DNA of 64,000 nt, from assembly GCA_964016885.1 (NCBI GenBank), contig OZ024748.1, positions 41,354,001-41,418,000 on the forward strand, in the 5' to 3' direction. Below, in pieces: positions 33,901-51,229 of this stretch (positions are counted from its first letter, which is position 1; each line of letters opens with the position of its first letter). The notes under the pieces are model-generated. The model did no database searches and was not told the DNA's origin. It saw nothing but the letters and a program-made list of their open reading frames with translations. This DNA comes from Eledone cirrhosa. Its lineage: Eukaryota. A program made the position numbers and the translations under genes.

Positions 33901-34900
33901 ACCAACACCACCACTGTCACCAACACTACCACTGTCACCACCACTGTCACCAACACCACCACTGTCACCAACACCACCACTGTCTCCAACACTACCACTG
34001 TCACCAACACCACCACTGTCACCAACACCACCACTGTCACCAACACTACCACTGTCACCACCACTGTCACCAACACCACCACTGTCACCACCACTGTCAC
34101 CAACACTACCACTGTCACCACCACCACCACTGTCTCCAACACCACCACTGTCACCAACACCACCACTGTCTCCAACACCACCACTGTCACCAACACCACC
34201 ACTGTCACCAACACTACCACTGTCACCACCACTGTCACCAACACCACCACTGTCACCACCACTGTCACCAACACCACTACTGTCACCACCACTGTCACCA
34301 ACACTACCACTGTCACCACCACTGTCACCAACACCACCACTGTCACCAACACTACCACTGTCACCACCACTGTCATCAACACAACTACTGTCACCACCAC
34401 TGTCACCAACACTACCACTGAAACCACCACCACCACTGTCTCCAACACTACCACTGTCACCACCACTGTCACCAACACTACCACTGTCACCAACACTACC
34501 ACTGTCACCACCACCACCACTGTCACCACCACTGTCACCAACACTACCACTGAAACCACCACCACCACTGTCTCCAACACTACCACTGTCACCACCACTG
34601 TCACCAACACTACCACTGTCACCACCACCACCACTGTCACCAACACCACCACTGTCACCAACACTACCACTGTCACCACCACCACCATTGTCTCCAACAC
34701 TACCACTGTCACCACCACTGTCACCAACACTACCACTGTCACCACCACCACCACTGTCACCAACACTACCACTGTCACCACCACCACCACTGTCTCCAAC
34801 ACCACCACTGTCACCAACACCACCACTGTCACCAACACCACCACTGTCACCAACACTACCACTGTCACTACCACTGTCACCAACACCACCACTGTCACCA
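15850..34900. repeat. Imperfect tandem duplication of a ~9.0-9.8-kb block (2 copies with internal indels, boundaries approximate)
   Basis: Paired rare variants: GTCGCC 16835/26515, the GCC of ACTGCCACC 18599/28393, CTTTTACC 21891/30911, GTCTCCATCACC 22847/31867, ACCAACATTG 23531/32551, GTCATCAACACAACT 25423/34372. Confidence 0.85.
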
Positions 34901-37900
34901 ACACCACCACTGTCACCACCACTGTCAGCAACACTACCACTGTCACCACCACCTCCACTGTCTCCAACACTACCACTGTTACCACCACTGTCACCAACAC
35001 CACCACTGTCACCAACACCACCACTGTCACCACCACCACCACTGTCTCCAACACTACCACTGTCACCAACACTACCACTGTCACCACCACCACCACTGTC
35101 ACCAACACCACCACTGTCACCAACACTACCACTGTCACCACCACCACCACTGTCTCCAACACCACCACTGTCACCACCACTGTCACCAACACCACCACTG
35201 TCACCAACACCACCACTGTCACCAACACCACCACTGTCACCAACACTACCACTGTCACCACCACCACCACTGTCTCCAACACTACCACTGTCACCACCAC
35301 TGTCACCAACACTACCACTGTCACCACCACCACCACTGTCTCCAACACTACCACTGTCAACACCACTGTCACCAACACCACCACTGTCACCAACACCACC
35401 ACTGTCACCAACACCACTACTGTCACCAACACTACCACTGTCACCACCACCACCACTGTCTCCAACACCACCACTGTCACCAACACCACCACTGTCACCA
35501 ACACCACCACTGTCACCACCACTGTCACTACCACCACCACTGTCACCACCACTGTCACCACCACTGTCTCCAACACGACCACTGTCACCAACACCACCAC
35601 TGTCACCAACACCACCACTGTCTCCAACACGACCACTGTCACCAACACCACTACTGTCACCAACACTACCACTGTCACCACCACTGTCACCAACACCACC
35701 ACTGTCTCCAACACCACCACTGTCACCACCACCACCACTGTCACCAACACCACCACTTTCACCAACACCACAACTGTCACCAACACCACCACTGTCACCA
35801 CCACTGTTACTACCACCACCACTGTCACCACCACTGTCACCACCACTGTCTCCAACACGACCACTGTCACCAACACCACCACTGTCACCAACACCACCAC
35901 TGTCTCCAACACCACCACTGTCACCACCACTGTCACCAACACCACCACTGTCTCCAACACCACCACTGTCACCACCACCACCACTGTCACCAACACCACC
36001 ACTGTCACCAACACCACCACTGTCACCAACACCACCACTGTCACCAACACCACCACTGTCTCCAACACCACCACTGTTACCAACACCACCACTGTCACCA
36101 ACACCAACACTGTCACCAACACCACCACTGTCACCAACACCACCACTGTCTCCAACACCACCACTGTCACCAACACCACCACTGTCACCACCACTGTCAC
36201 CAACACCACCACTGTCACCAATACCACCACTGTCACCAACACCACCACTGTCACCAACACCACCACTGTCACCAACACCACCACTGTCTCCAACACCACC
36301 ACTGTCACCAACACCACCACTGTCACCACCACTGTCACCAACACCACCACTGTCACCAACACCACCACTGTCACCACCACTGTCACCAACACCACCACTG
36401 TCAACAACACCACCACTGTCACCAACACCACCACTGTCACCAACACCACCACTGTCACCACCACTGTCACCAACACCACCACTGTCACCAACACCACCAC
36501 TGTCACCAAAACTACCACTGTGACCAACACAACCACTGTCACCACCACCACCACTGTCACCAACACCACCACTGTCAGCAACACTACCACTGTCACCAAC
36601 ACCACCACTGTCACCAACATTACCACTGTCACCACCACTGTCACCAACACCACCACTGTCACCAACACCACCACTGTCACCAACACCACAACTGTCACCA
36701 ACACCACCACTGTCACCAACACTACCACTGTCACCACCACTGTCACCAACACCACCACTGTCACCAACACTACCACTGTGACCAACACCACCACTGTCAC
36801 CACCACTGTCACCAACACCACCACTGTCACCAACACTACCACTGTGACCAACACCACCACTGTCACCACCACCACCACTGTCACCAACACCACCACTGTC
36901 ACCAACACTACCACTGTCACCAACACCACCACTGTCACCAACACTACCACTGTCACCACCACTGTCACCAACACCACCACTGTCACCAACACCACCACTG
37001 TCTCCAACACTACCACTGTCACCAACACCACCACTGTCACCAACACCACCACTGTCACCAACACTACCACTGTCACCTCCACTGTCACCAACACCACCAC
37101 TGTCACCACCACTGTCACCAACACTACCACTGTCACCACCACCACCACTGTCTCCAACACCACCACTGTCACCAACACCACCACTGTCTCCAACACCACC
37201 ACTGTCACCAACACCACCACTGTCACCAACACTACCACTGTCACCACCACTGTCACCAACACCACCACTGTCACCACCACTGTCACCAACACCACTACTG
37301 TCACCACCACTGTCACCAACACTACCACTGTCACCACCACTGTCACCAACACCACCACTGTCACCAACACTACCACTGTCACCACCACTGTCATCAACAC
37401 CACTACTGTCACCACCACTGTCACCAACACTACCACTGAAACCACCACCACCACTGTCTCCAACACTACCACTGTCACCACCACTGTCACCAACACTACC
37501 ACTGTCACCAACACTACCACTGTCACCACCACCACCACTGTCACCACCACTGTCACTACCACCACCACTGTCACCACCACTGTCACCACCACTGTCTCCA
37601 ACACGACCACTGTCACCAACACCACCACTGTCACCAACACCACCACTGTCTCCAACACGACCACTGTCACCAACACCACCACTGTCACCAACACTACCAC
37701 TGTCACCACCACTGTCACCAACACCACCACTGTCTCCAACACCACCACTGTCACCACCACCACCACTGTCACCAACACCACCACTTTCACCAACACCACA
37801 ACTGTCACCAACACCACCACTGTCACCACCACTGTTACTACCACCACCACTGTCACCACCACTGTCACCACCACTGTCTCCAACACGACCACTGTCACCA

Positions 37901-40900
37901 ACACCACCACTGTCACCAACACCACCACTGTCTCCAACACCACCACTGTCACCACCACTGTCACCAACACCACCACTGTCTCCAACACCACCACTGTCAC
38001 CACCACCACCACTGTCACCAACACCACCACTGTCACCAACACCACCACTGTCACCAACACCACCACTGTCACCAACACCACCACTGTCTCCAACACCACC
38101 ACTGTTACCAACACCACCACTGTCACCAACACCAACACTGTCACCAACACCACCACTGTCACCAACACCACCACTGTCTCCAACACCACCACTGTCACCA
38201 ACACCACCACTGTCACCACCACTGTCACCAACACCACCACTGTCACCAATACCACCACTGTCACCAACACCACCACTGTCACCAACACCACCACTGTCAC
38301 CAACACCACCACTGTCTCCAACACCACCACTGTCACCAACACCACCACTGTCACCAACACCACCACTGTCACCAACACCACCACTGTCACCACCACTGTC
38401 ACCAACACCACCACTGTCACCAACACCACCACTGTCACCAACACCACCACTGTCACCAACACCACCACTGTCACCACCACTGTCACCAACACCACCACTG
38501 TCACCAACACCACCACTGTCACCAACACTACCACTGTGACCAACACAACCACTGTCACCACCACCACCACTGTCACCAACACCACCACTGTCACCAACAC
38601 TACCACTGTCACCAACACCACCACTGTCACCAACACTACCACTGTCACCACCACTGTCACCAACACCACCACTGTCACCAACACCACCACTGTCACCAAC
38701 ACCACAACTGTCACCAACACCACCACTGTCACCAACACTACCACTGTCACCACCACTGTCACCAACACCACCACTGTCACCAACACTACCACTGTGACCA
38801 ACACCACCACTGTCACCACCACTGTCACCAACACCACCACTGTCACCAACACTACCACTGTGACCAACACCACCACTGTCACCACCACCACCACTGTCAA
38901 CAACACCACCACTGTCACCAACACTACCACTGTCACCAACACCACCACTGTCACCAACACTACCACTGTCACCACCACTGTCACCAACACCACCACTGTC
39001 TCCAACACTACCACTGTCACCAACACCACCACTGTCACCAACACCACCACTGTCACCAACACTACCACTGTCACCACCACTGTCACCAACACCACCACTG
39101 TCACCACCACTCTCACCAACACTACCACTGTCACCACCACCACCACTGTCTCCAACACCACCACTGTCACCAACACCACCACTGTCTCCAACACCACCAC
39201 TGTCACCAACACCACCACTGTCACCAACACTACCACTGTCACCACCACTGTCACCAACACCACCACTGTCACCACCACTGTCACCAACACCACCACTGTC
39301 ACCACCACTGTCACCAACACTACCACTGTCACCACCACCACCACTGTCTCCAACACCACCACTGTCACCAACACCACCACTGTCTCCAACACCACCACTG
39401 TCACCAACACCACCACTGTCACCAACACTACCACTGTCACCACCACTGTCACCAACACCACCACTGTCACCAACACTACCACTGTCACCACCACTGTCAT
39501 CAACACCACTACTGTCACCACCACTGTCACCAACACTACCACTGAAACCACCACCACCACTGTCTCCAACACTACCACTGTCACCACCACTGTCACCAAC
39601 ACTACCACTGTCACCAACACTACCACTGTCACCACCACCACCACTGTCACCACCACTGTCACCAACACTACCACTGAAACCACCACCACCACTGTCTCCA
39701 ACACTACCACTTTCACCACCACCACCATTGTCTCCAACACTACCACTGTCACCACCACTGTCACCAACACTACCACTGTCACCACCACCACCACTGTCAC
39801 CAACACTACCACTGTCACCACCACCACCACTGTCTCCAACACCACCACTGTCACCAACACCACCACTGTCACCAACACCACCACTGTCACCAACACTACC
39901 ACTGTCACTACCACTGTCACCAACACCACCACTGTCACCAACACCACCACTGTCACCACCACTGTCACCAACACTACCACTGTCACCACCACCTCCACTG
40001 TCTCCAACACTACCACTGTTACCACCACTGTCACCAACACCACCACTGTCACCAACACCACCACTGTCACCACCACCACCACTGTCTCCAACACTACCAC
40101 TGTCACCAACACTACCACTGTCACCAGCACCACCACTGTCACCAACACCACCACTGTCACCAACACTACCACTGTCACCACCACCACCACTGTCTCCAAC
40201 ACCACCACTGTCACCACCACTGTCACGAACACCACCACTGTCACCAACACCACCACTGTCACCAACACCACCACTGTCACCAACACTACCACTGTCACCA
40301 CCACCACCACTGTCTCCAACACTACCACTGTCACCACCACTGTCACCAACACTACCACTGTCACCACCACCACCACTGTCTCCAACACTACCACTGTCAC
40401 CACCACTGTCACCAACACCACCACTGTCACCAACACCACCACTGTCACCAACACCACTACTGTCACCAACACTACCACTGTCACCACCACTGTCTCCAAC
40501 ACCACCACTGTCACCAACACCACCACTGTCACCAACACCACCACTGTCACCAACACCACCACTGTCTCCAACACCACCACTGTCACCAACACCACCACTG
40601 TCACCAACACTACCACTGTCTCCAACACCACCACTGTCACCAACACTACCACTGTCACCACCACCACCACTGTCTCCAACACCACCACTGTCACCAACAC
40701 CACCACTGTCACCAACACCACCACTGTCACCAACACCCCCACTGTCACCAACACCACCACTGTCAACAACACCACCACTGTCACCAACACCACCACTGTC
40801 ACCAACACTACCACTGTCACCACCACCACTGTCTCCAACACCACCACTGTCACCAACACCACCACTGTCATCAACACCACCACTGTCACCAACACCACCA

Positions 40901-43900
40901 CTGTCACCAACACCACCACTGTCACCAACACCACCACTGTCACCAACACCACCACTGTCACCAACACCACCACTGTCACCAACACCACCACTGTCACCAA
41001 CACCACCACTGTCACCAACACCAACACTGTCACCAACACCACCACTGTCACCAACACCACCACTGTCACCAACACCACCACTGTCACCAACACCACCACT
41101 GTCACCAACACCACCACTGTCAACAACACCACCACTGTCACCAGCACTGTCACCAACACCACCACTGTCACCAACACCACCACTGTCACCAACACCACCA
41201 CTGTCACCAACACCACCACTGTCACCAACACCACCACTGTCACCAACACCACCACTGTCACCAACACCAACACTGTCACCAACACCACCACTGTCACCAA
41301 CACCACCACTGTCACCAACACCACCACTGTCACCAACACCACCACTGTCACCAACACCACCACTGTCACCAACACCAACACTGTCACCAACACCACCACT
41401 GTCACCAACACCACCACTGTCACCAACATAACCACTGTCACCAACACCACCACTGTCACCAACACCACCACTGTCACCAAAACCAACACTGTCACAACCA
41501 CCACCACTGTCTCCAACACCACCACTGTCACCAACACCACCACTGTCACCACCACTGTCACCAACACCACCACTGTCACCAACACCACCACTGTCACCAA
41601 CACCACCACTGTCACCAACACCACCACTGTCACCAACACCACCACTGTCACCAAAACCACCACTGTCACCAACACCAACACTGTCACCACCACCACCACT
41701 GTCTCCAACACCTCCAGTCTCCAACACCACCACTGTCACCAACACCACCACTGTCACCAACACCACCACTGTCACCAACACCAACACTGTCACCACCACT
41801 GTCACCAACACCACCACTGTCACCAACACCAACACTGTCACCACCACCACCACTGTCTCCAACACCACCACTGTCACCAACACCACCACTGTCACCACCA
41901 CTGTCACCAACACCACCACTGTCACCAACACCACCACTGTCACCAACACCACCACTGTCACCTCCACCACCACTGTCTGCAACACCACCACTGTCACCAT
42001 CACTGTCACCAACACCACCACTGTCACCACCACTGTCACCAACACCACCACTGTCACCAACACCACCACTGTCACCACCACCACCACTATCACCACCACT
42101 GTCACCAACACCACCACTGTCACCACCACTGTCACCAACACCACCACTGTCACCAACATCACCACTGTCACCACCACCACCACTGTCTCCAACACCACCA
42201 CTGTCACCACCACTGTCTCCAACACCACCACCGTCACCAACACCACCACTGTCACCACCACTGTCACCAACACCACCACTGTCACCAACACCACCACTGT
42301 CACCAACACCACCAGTCTCACCAACACCACCACTGTCACCAACACCACCACTGTCACCAACACCACCACTGTCACCAACACCACCACTGTCACCAACACC
42401 ACCACTGTCACCACCACTGTCACCAACACTACCACTGTCACCACCACCACCACTGTCACCAACACTACCACTGTCACCACCACCACCACTGTCACCAACA
42501 CCACCACTGTCACCAACACCACCACTGTCACCAACACCACCACTGTCACCACCACTGTCTCCAACACCACCACTGTCACCAACACCACAACTGTCATCAC
42601 CACTGTCACCACCACCACCACTGTCTCCAACACCACCACTGTCACCAACACCACCACTGTCACCACCATTGTCACCAACACTACCACTGTCTCCAACACC
42701 ACCACTGTCACCAACACCACCACTGTCACCACCACTGTCACCACCACTGTCACCACCACCAGCACTGTCTCCAACACCACCACTGTCTCCAACACCACCA
42801 CTGTCACCAACACCACCACTGTCACCAACACCACCACTGTCACCAACACCACCACTGTCACCAACACCACCACTGTCACCAACACCACCACTGTCACCAA
42901 CACCACCACTGTCTCCAACACCACCACTGTCACCAACACCACCACTGTCACCAACACCACCACTGTCACCAACACTACCACTGTCACTACCACTGTCACC
43001 AACACCACCACTGTCACCAACACCACCACTGTCACCACCACTGTCAGCAACACTACCACTGTCACCACCACCTCCACTGTCTCCAACACTACCACTGTTA
43101 CCACCACTGTCACCAACACCACCACTGTCACCAACACCACCACTGTCACCACCACCACCACTGTCTCCAACACTACCACTGTCACCAACACTACCACTGT
43201 CACCACCACCACCACTGTCACCAACACCACCACTGTCACCAACACTACCACTGTCACCACCACCACCACTGTCTCCAACACCACCACTGTCACCACCACT
43301 GTCACCAACACCACCACTGTCACCAACACCACCACTGTCACCAACACCACCACTGTCACCAACACTACCACTGTCACCACCACCACCACTGTCACCACCA
43401 CTGTCACCACCACTGTCTCCAACACGACCACTGTCACCAACACCACCACTGTCACCAACACCACCACTGTCTCCAACACGACCACTGTCACCAACACCAC
43501 CACTGTCTCCAACACTACCACTGTCACCACCACTGTCACCAACACTACCACTGTCACCACCACCACCACTGTCTCCAACACTACCACTGTCAACACCACT
43601 GTCACCAACACCACCACTGTCACCAACACCACCACTGTCACCAACACCACTACTGTCACCAACACTACCACTGTCACCACCACCACCACTGTCTCCAACA
43701 CCACCACTGTCACCAACACCACCACTGTCACCAACACCACCACTGTCACCACCACTGTCACTACCACCACCACTGTCACCACCACTGTCACCACCACTGT
43801 CTCCAACACGACCACTGTCACCAACACCACCACTGTCACCAACACCACCACTGTCTCCAACACGACCACTGTCACCAACACCACTACTGTCACCAACACT

Positions 43901-46900
43901 ACCACTGTCACCACCACTGTCACCAACACCACCACTGTCTCCAACACCACCACTGTCACCACCACCACCACTGTCACCAACACCACCACTTTCACCAACA
44001 CCACAACTGTCACCAACACCACCACTGTCACCACCACTGTTACTACCACCACCACTGTCACCACCACTGTCACCACCACTGTCTCCAACACGACCACTGT
44101 CACCAACACCACCACTGTCACCAACACCACCACTGTCTCCAACACCACCACTGTCACCACCACTGTCACCAACACCACCACTGTCTCCAACACCACCACT
44201 GTCACCACCACCACCACTGTCACCAACACCACCACTGTCACCAACACCACCACTGTCACCAACACCACCACTGTCACCAACACCACCACTGTCTCCAACA
44301 CCACCACTGTTACCAACACCACCACTGTCACCAACACCAACACTGTCACCAACACCACCACTGTCACCAACACCACCACTGTCTCCAACACCACCACTGT
44401 CACCAACACCACCACTGTCACCACCACTGTCACCAACACCACCACTGTCACCAATACCACCACTGTCACCAACACCACCACTGTCACCAACACCACCACT
44501 GTCACCAACACCACCACTGTCTCCAACACCACCACTGTCACCAACACCACCACTGTCACCACCACTGTCACCAACACCACCACTGTCACCAACACCACCA
44601 CTGTCACCACCACTGTCACCAACACCACCACTGTCAACAACACCACCACTGTCACCAACACCACCACTGTCACCAACACCACCACTGTCACCACCACTGT
44701 CACCAACACCACCACTGTCACCAACACCACCACTGTCACCAACACTACCACTGTGACCAACACAACCACTGTCACCACCACCACCACTGTCACCAACACC
44801 ACCACTGTCAGCAACACTACCACTGTCACCAACACCACCACTGTCACCAACATTACCACTGTCACCACCACTGTCACCAACACCACCACTGTCACCAACA
44901 CCACCACTGTCACCAACACCACAACTGTCACCAACACCACCACTGTCACCAACACTACCACTGTCACCACCACTGTCACCAACACCACCACTGTCACCAA
45001 CACTACCACTGTGACCAACACCACCACTGTCACCACCACTGTCACCAACACCACCACTGTCACCAACACTACCACTGTGACCAACACCACCACTGTCACC
45101 ACCACCACCACTGTCACCAACACCACCACTGTCACCAACACTACCACTGTCACCAACACCACCACTGTCACCAACACTACCACTGTCACCACCACTGTCA
45201 CCAACACCACCACTGTCACCAACACCACCACTGTCTCCAACACTACCACTGTCACCAACACCACCACTGTCACCAACACCACCACTGTCACCAACACTAC
45301 CACTGTCACCACCACTGTCACCAACACCACCACTGTCACCACCACTGTCACCAACACTACCACTGTCACCACCACCACCACTGTCTCCAACACCACCACT
45401 GTCACCAACACCACCACTGTCTCCAACACCACCACTGTCACCAACACCACCACTGTCACCAACACTACCACTGTCACCACCACTGTCACCAACACCACCA
45501 CTGTCACCACCACTGTCACCAACACCACTACTGTCACCACCACTGTCACCAACACTACCACTGTCACCACCACTGTCACCAACACCACCACTGTCACCAA
45601 CACTACCACTGTCACCACCACTGTCATCAACACCACTACTGTCACCACCACTGTCACCAACACTACCACTGAAACCACCACCACCACTGTCTCCAACACT
45701 ACCACTGTCACCACCACTGTCACCAACACTACCACTGTCACCAACACTACCACTGTCACCACCACCACCACTGTCACCACCACTGTCACTACCACCACCA
45801 CTGTCACCACCACTGTCACCACCACTGTCTCCAACACGACCACTGTCACCAACACCACCACTGTCACCAACACCACCACTGTCTCCAACACGACCACTGT
45901 CACCAACACCACCACTGTCACCAACACTACCACTGTCACCACCACTGTCACCAACACCACCACTGTCTCCAACACCACCACTGTCACCACCACCACCACT
46001 GTCACCAACACCACCACTTTCACCAACACCACAACTGTCACCAACACCACCACTGTCACCACCACTGTTACTACCACCACCACTGTCACCACCACTGTCA
46101 CCACCACTGTCTCCAACACGACCACTGTCACCAACACCACCACTGTCACCAACACCACCACTGTCTCCAACACCACCACTGTCACCACCACTGTCACCAA
46201 CACCACCACTGTCTCCAACACCACCACTGTCACCACCACCACCACTGTCACCAACACCACCACTGTCACCAACACCACCACTGTCACCAACACCACCACT
46301 GTCACCAACACCACCACTGTCTCCAACACCACCACTGTTACCAACACCACCACTGTCACCAACACCAACACTGTCACCAACACCACCACTGTCACCAACA
46401 CCACCACTGTCTCCAACACCACCACTGTCACCAACACCACCACTGTCACCACCACTGTCACCAACACCACCACTGTCACCAATACCACCACTGTCACCAA
46501 CACCACCACTGTCACCAACACCACCACTGTCACCAACACCACCACTGTCTCCAACACCACCACTGTCACCAACACCACCACTGTCACCAACACCACCACT
46601 GTCACCAACACCACCACTGTCACCACCACTGTCACCAACACCACCACTGTCACCAACACCACCACTGTCACCAACACCACCACTGTCACCAACACCACCA
46701 CTGTCACCACCACTGTCACCAACACCACCACTGTCACCAACACCACCACTGTCACCAACACTACCACTGTGACCAACACAACCACTGTCACCACCACCAC
46801 CACTGTCACCAACACCACCACTGTCACCAACACTACCACTGTCACCAACACCACCACTGTCACCAACACTACCACTGTCACCACCACTGTCACCAACACC

Positions 46901-49900
46901 ACCACTGTCACCAACACCACCACTGTCACCAACACCACAACTGTCACCAACACCACCACTGTCACCAACACTACCACTGTCACCACCACTGTCACCAACA
47001 CCACCACTGTCACCAACACTACCACTGTGACCATCACCACCACTGTCACCACCACTGTCACCAACACCACCACTGTCACCAACACTACCACTGTGACCAA
47101 CACCACCACTGTCACCACCACCACCACTGTCAACAACACCACCACTGTCACCAACACTACCACTGTCACCAACACCACCACTGTCACCAACACTACCACT
47201 GTCACCACCACTGTCACCAACACCACCACTGTCACCAACACCACCACTGTCTCCAACACTACCACTGTCACCAACACCACCACTGTCACCAACACCACCA
47301 CTGTCACCAACACTACCACTGTCACCACCACTGTCACCAACACCACCACTGTCACCACCACTCTCACCAACACTACCACTGTCACCACCACCACCACTGT
47401 CTCCAACACCACCACTGTCACCAACACCACCACTGTCTCCAACACCACCACTGTCACCAACACCACCACTGTCACCAACACTACCACTGTCACCACCACT
47501 GTCACCAACACCACCACTGTCACCACCACTGTCACCAACACCACCACTGTCACCACCACTGTCACCAACACTACCACTGTCACCACCACCACCACTGTCT
47601 CCAACACCACCACTGTCACCAACACCACCACTGTCTCCAACACCACCACTGTCACCAACACCACCACTGTCACCAACACTACCACTGTCACCACCACTGT
47701 CACCAACACCACCACTGTCACCAACACTACCACTGTCACCACCACTGTCATCAACACCACTACTGTCACCACCACTGTCACCAACACTACCACTGAAACC
47801 ACCACCACCACTGTCTCCAACACTACCACTGTCACCACCACTGTCACCAACACTACCACTGTCACCAACACTACCACTGTCACCACCACCACCACTGTCA
47901 CCACCACTGTCACCAACACTACCACTGAAACCACCACCACCACTGTCTCCAACACTACCACTTTCACCACCACCACCATTGTCTCCAACACTACCACTGT
48001 CACCACCACTGTCACCAACACTACCACTGTCACCACCACCACCACTGTCACCAACACTACCACTGTCACCACCACCACCACTGTCTCCAACACCACCACT
48101 GTCACCAACACCACCACTGTCACCAACACCACCACTGTCACCAACACTACCACTGTCACTACCACTGTCACCAACACCACCACTGTCACCAACACCACCA
48201 CTGTCACCACCACTGTCACCAACACTACCACTGTCACCACCACCTCCACTGTCTCCAACACTACCACTGTTACCACCACTGTCACCAACACCACCACTGT
48301 CACCAACACCACCACTGTCACCACCACCACCACTGTCTCCAACACTACCACTGTCACCAACACTACCACTGTCACCAGCACCACCACTGTCACCAACACC
48401 ACCACTGTCACCAACACTACCACTGTCACCACCACCACCACTGTCTCCAACACCACCACTGTCACCACCACTGTCACGAACACCACCACTGTCACCAACA
48501 CCACCACTGTCACCAACACCACCACTGTCACCAACACTACCACTGTCACCACCACCACCACTGTCTCCAACACTACCACTGTCACCACCACTGTCACCAA
48601 CACTACCACTGTCACCACCACCACCACTGTCTCCAACACTACCACTGTCACCACCACTGTCACCAACACCACCACTGTCACCAACACCACCACTGTCACC
48701 AACACCACTACTGTCACCAACACTACCACTGTCACCACCACTGTCTCCAACACCACCACTGTCACCAACACCACCACTGTCACCAACACCACCACTGTCA
48801 CCAACACCACCACTGTCTCCAACACCACCACTGTCACCAACACCACCACTGTCACCAACACTACCACTGTCTCCAACACCACCACTGTCACCAACACTAC
48901 CACTGTCACCACCACCACCACTGTCTCCAACACCACCACTGTCACCAACACCACCACTGTCACCAACACCACCACTGTCACCAACACCCCCACTGTCACC
49001 AACACCACCACTGTCAACAACACCACCACTGTCACCAACACCACCACTGTCACCAACACTACCACTGTCACCACCACCACTGTCTCCAACACCACCACTG
49101 TCACCAACACCACCACTGTCATCAACACCACCACTGTCACCAACACCACCACTGTCACCAACACCACCACTGTCACCAACACCACCACTGTCACCAACAC
49201 CACCACTGTCACCAACACCACCACTGTCACCAACACCACCACTGTCACCAACACCACCACTGTCACCAACACCAACACTGTCACCAACACCACCACTGTC
49301 ACCAACACCACCACTGTCACCAACACCACCACTGTCACCAACACCACCACTGTCACCAACACCACCACTGTCACCAACACCACCACTGTCAACAACACCA
49401 CCACTGTCACCAGCACTGTCACCAACACCACCACTGTCACCAACACCACCACTGTCACCAACACCACCACTGTCACCAACACCACCACTGTCACCAACAC
49501 CACCACTGTCACCAACACCACCACTGTCACCAACACCAACACTGTCACCAACACCACCACTGTCACCAACACCACCACTGTCACCAACACCACCACTGTC
49601 ACCAACACCACCACTGTCACCAACACCAACACTGTCACCAACACCACCACTGTCACCAACACCACCACTGTCACCAACATAACCACTGTCACCAACACCA
49701 CCACTGTCACCAACACCACCACTGTCACCAAAACCAACACTGTCACAACCACCACCACTGTCTCCAACACCACCACTGTCACCAACACCACCACTGTCAC
49801 CACCACTGTCACCAACACCACCACTGTCACCAACACCACCACTGTCACCAACACCACCACTGTCACCAACACCACCACTGTCACCAACACCACCACTGTC

Positions 49901-51200
49901 ACCAAAACCACCACTGTCACCAACACCAACACTGTCACCACCACCACCACTGTCTCCAACACCTCCAGTCTCCAACACCACCACTGTCACCAACACCACC
50001 ACTGTCACCAACACCACCACTGTCACCAACACCAACACTGTCACCACCACTGTCACCAACACCACCACTGTCACCAACACCAACACTGTCACCACCACCA
50101 CCACTGTCTCCAACACCACCACTGTCACCAACACCACCACTGTCACCACCACTGTCACCAACACCACCACTGTCACCAACACCACCACTGTCACCAACAC
50201 CACCACTGTCACCTCCACCACCACTGTCTGCAACACCACCACTGTCACCATCACTGTCACCAACACCACCACTGTCACCACCACTGTCACCAACACCACC
50301 ACTGTCACCAACACCACCACTGTCACCACCACCACCACTATCACCACCACTGTCACCAACACCACCACTGTCACCACCACTGTCACCAACACCACCACTG
50401 TCACCAACATCACCACTGTCACCACCACCACCACTGTCTCCAACACCACCACTGTCACCACCACTGTCTCCAACACCACCACCGTCACCAACACCACCAC
50501 TGTCACCACCACTGTCACCAACACCACCACTGTCACCAACACCACCACTGTCACCAACACCACCAGTCTCACCAACACCACCACTGTCACCAACACCACC
50601 ACTGTCACCAACACCACCACTGTCACCAACACCACCACTGTCACCACCACTGTCACCAACACTACCACTGTCACCACCACCACCACCACTGTCACCAACA
50701 CTACCACTGTCACCACCACCACCACTGTCACCAACACCACCACTGTCACCAACACCACCACTGTCACCAACACCACCACTGTCACCACCACTGTCTCCAA
50801 CACCACCACTGTCACCAACACCACAACTGTCATCACCACTGTCACCACCACCACCACTGTCTCCAACACCACCACTGTCACCAACACCACCACTGTCACC
50901 ACCATTGTCACCAACACTACCACTGTCTCCAACACCACCACTGTCACCAACACCACCACTGTCACCACCACTGTCACCACCACTGTCACCACCACCAGCA
51001 CTGTCTCCAACACCACCACTGTCTCCAACACCACCACTGTCACCAACACCACCACTGTCACCAACACCACCACTGTCACCAACACCACCACTGTCACCAA
51101 CACCACCACTGTCACCAACACCACCACTGTCACCAACACCACCACTGTCTCCAACACCACCACTGTCACCAACACCACCACTGTCACCAACACCACCACT
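34800..51200. repeat. Near-identical tandem duplication of a ~8.25-kb block, each copy containing a nested 2028-bp duplication
   Basis: The CCTCCAGTCTCC frameshift variant is at 41716/49967 (offset 8251), and ORF-track entries 39728..41431 and 47979..49682 have the same length and offset. The TTCACCAACACCACAACT marker is at 35758, 37786, 43991 and 46019 (2028 apart within each copy). Confidence 0.9.
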
Positions 51201-51229
51201 GTCACCAACACCACCACTGTCACCAACAC

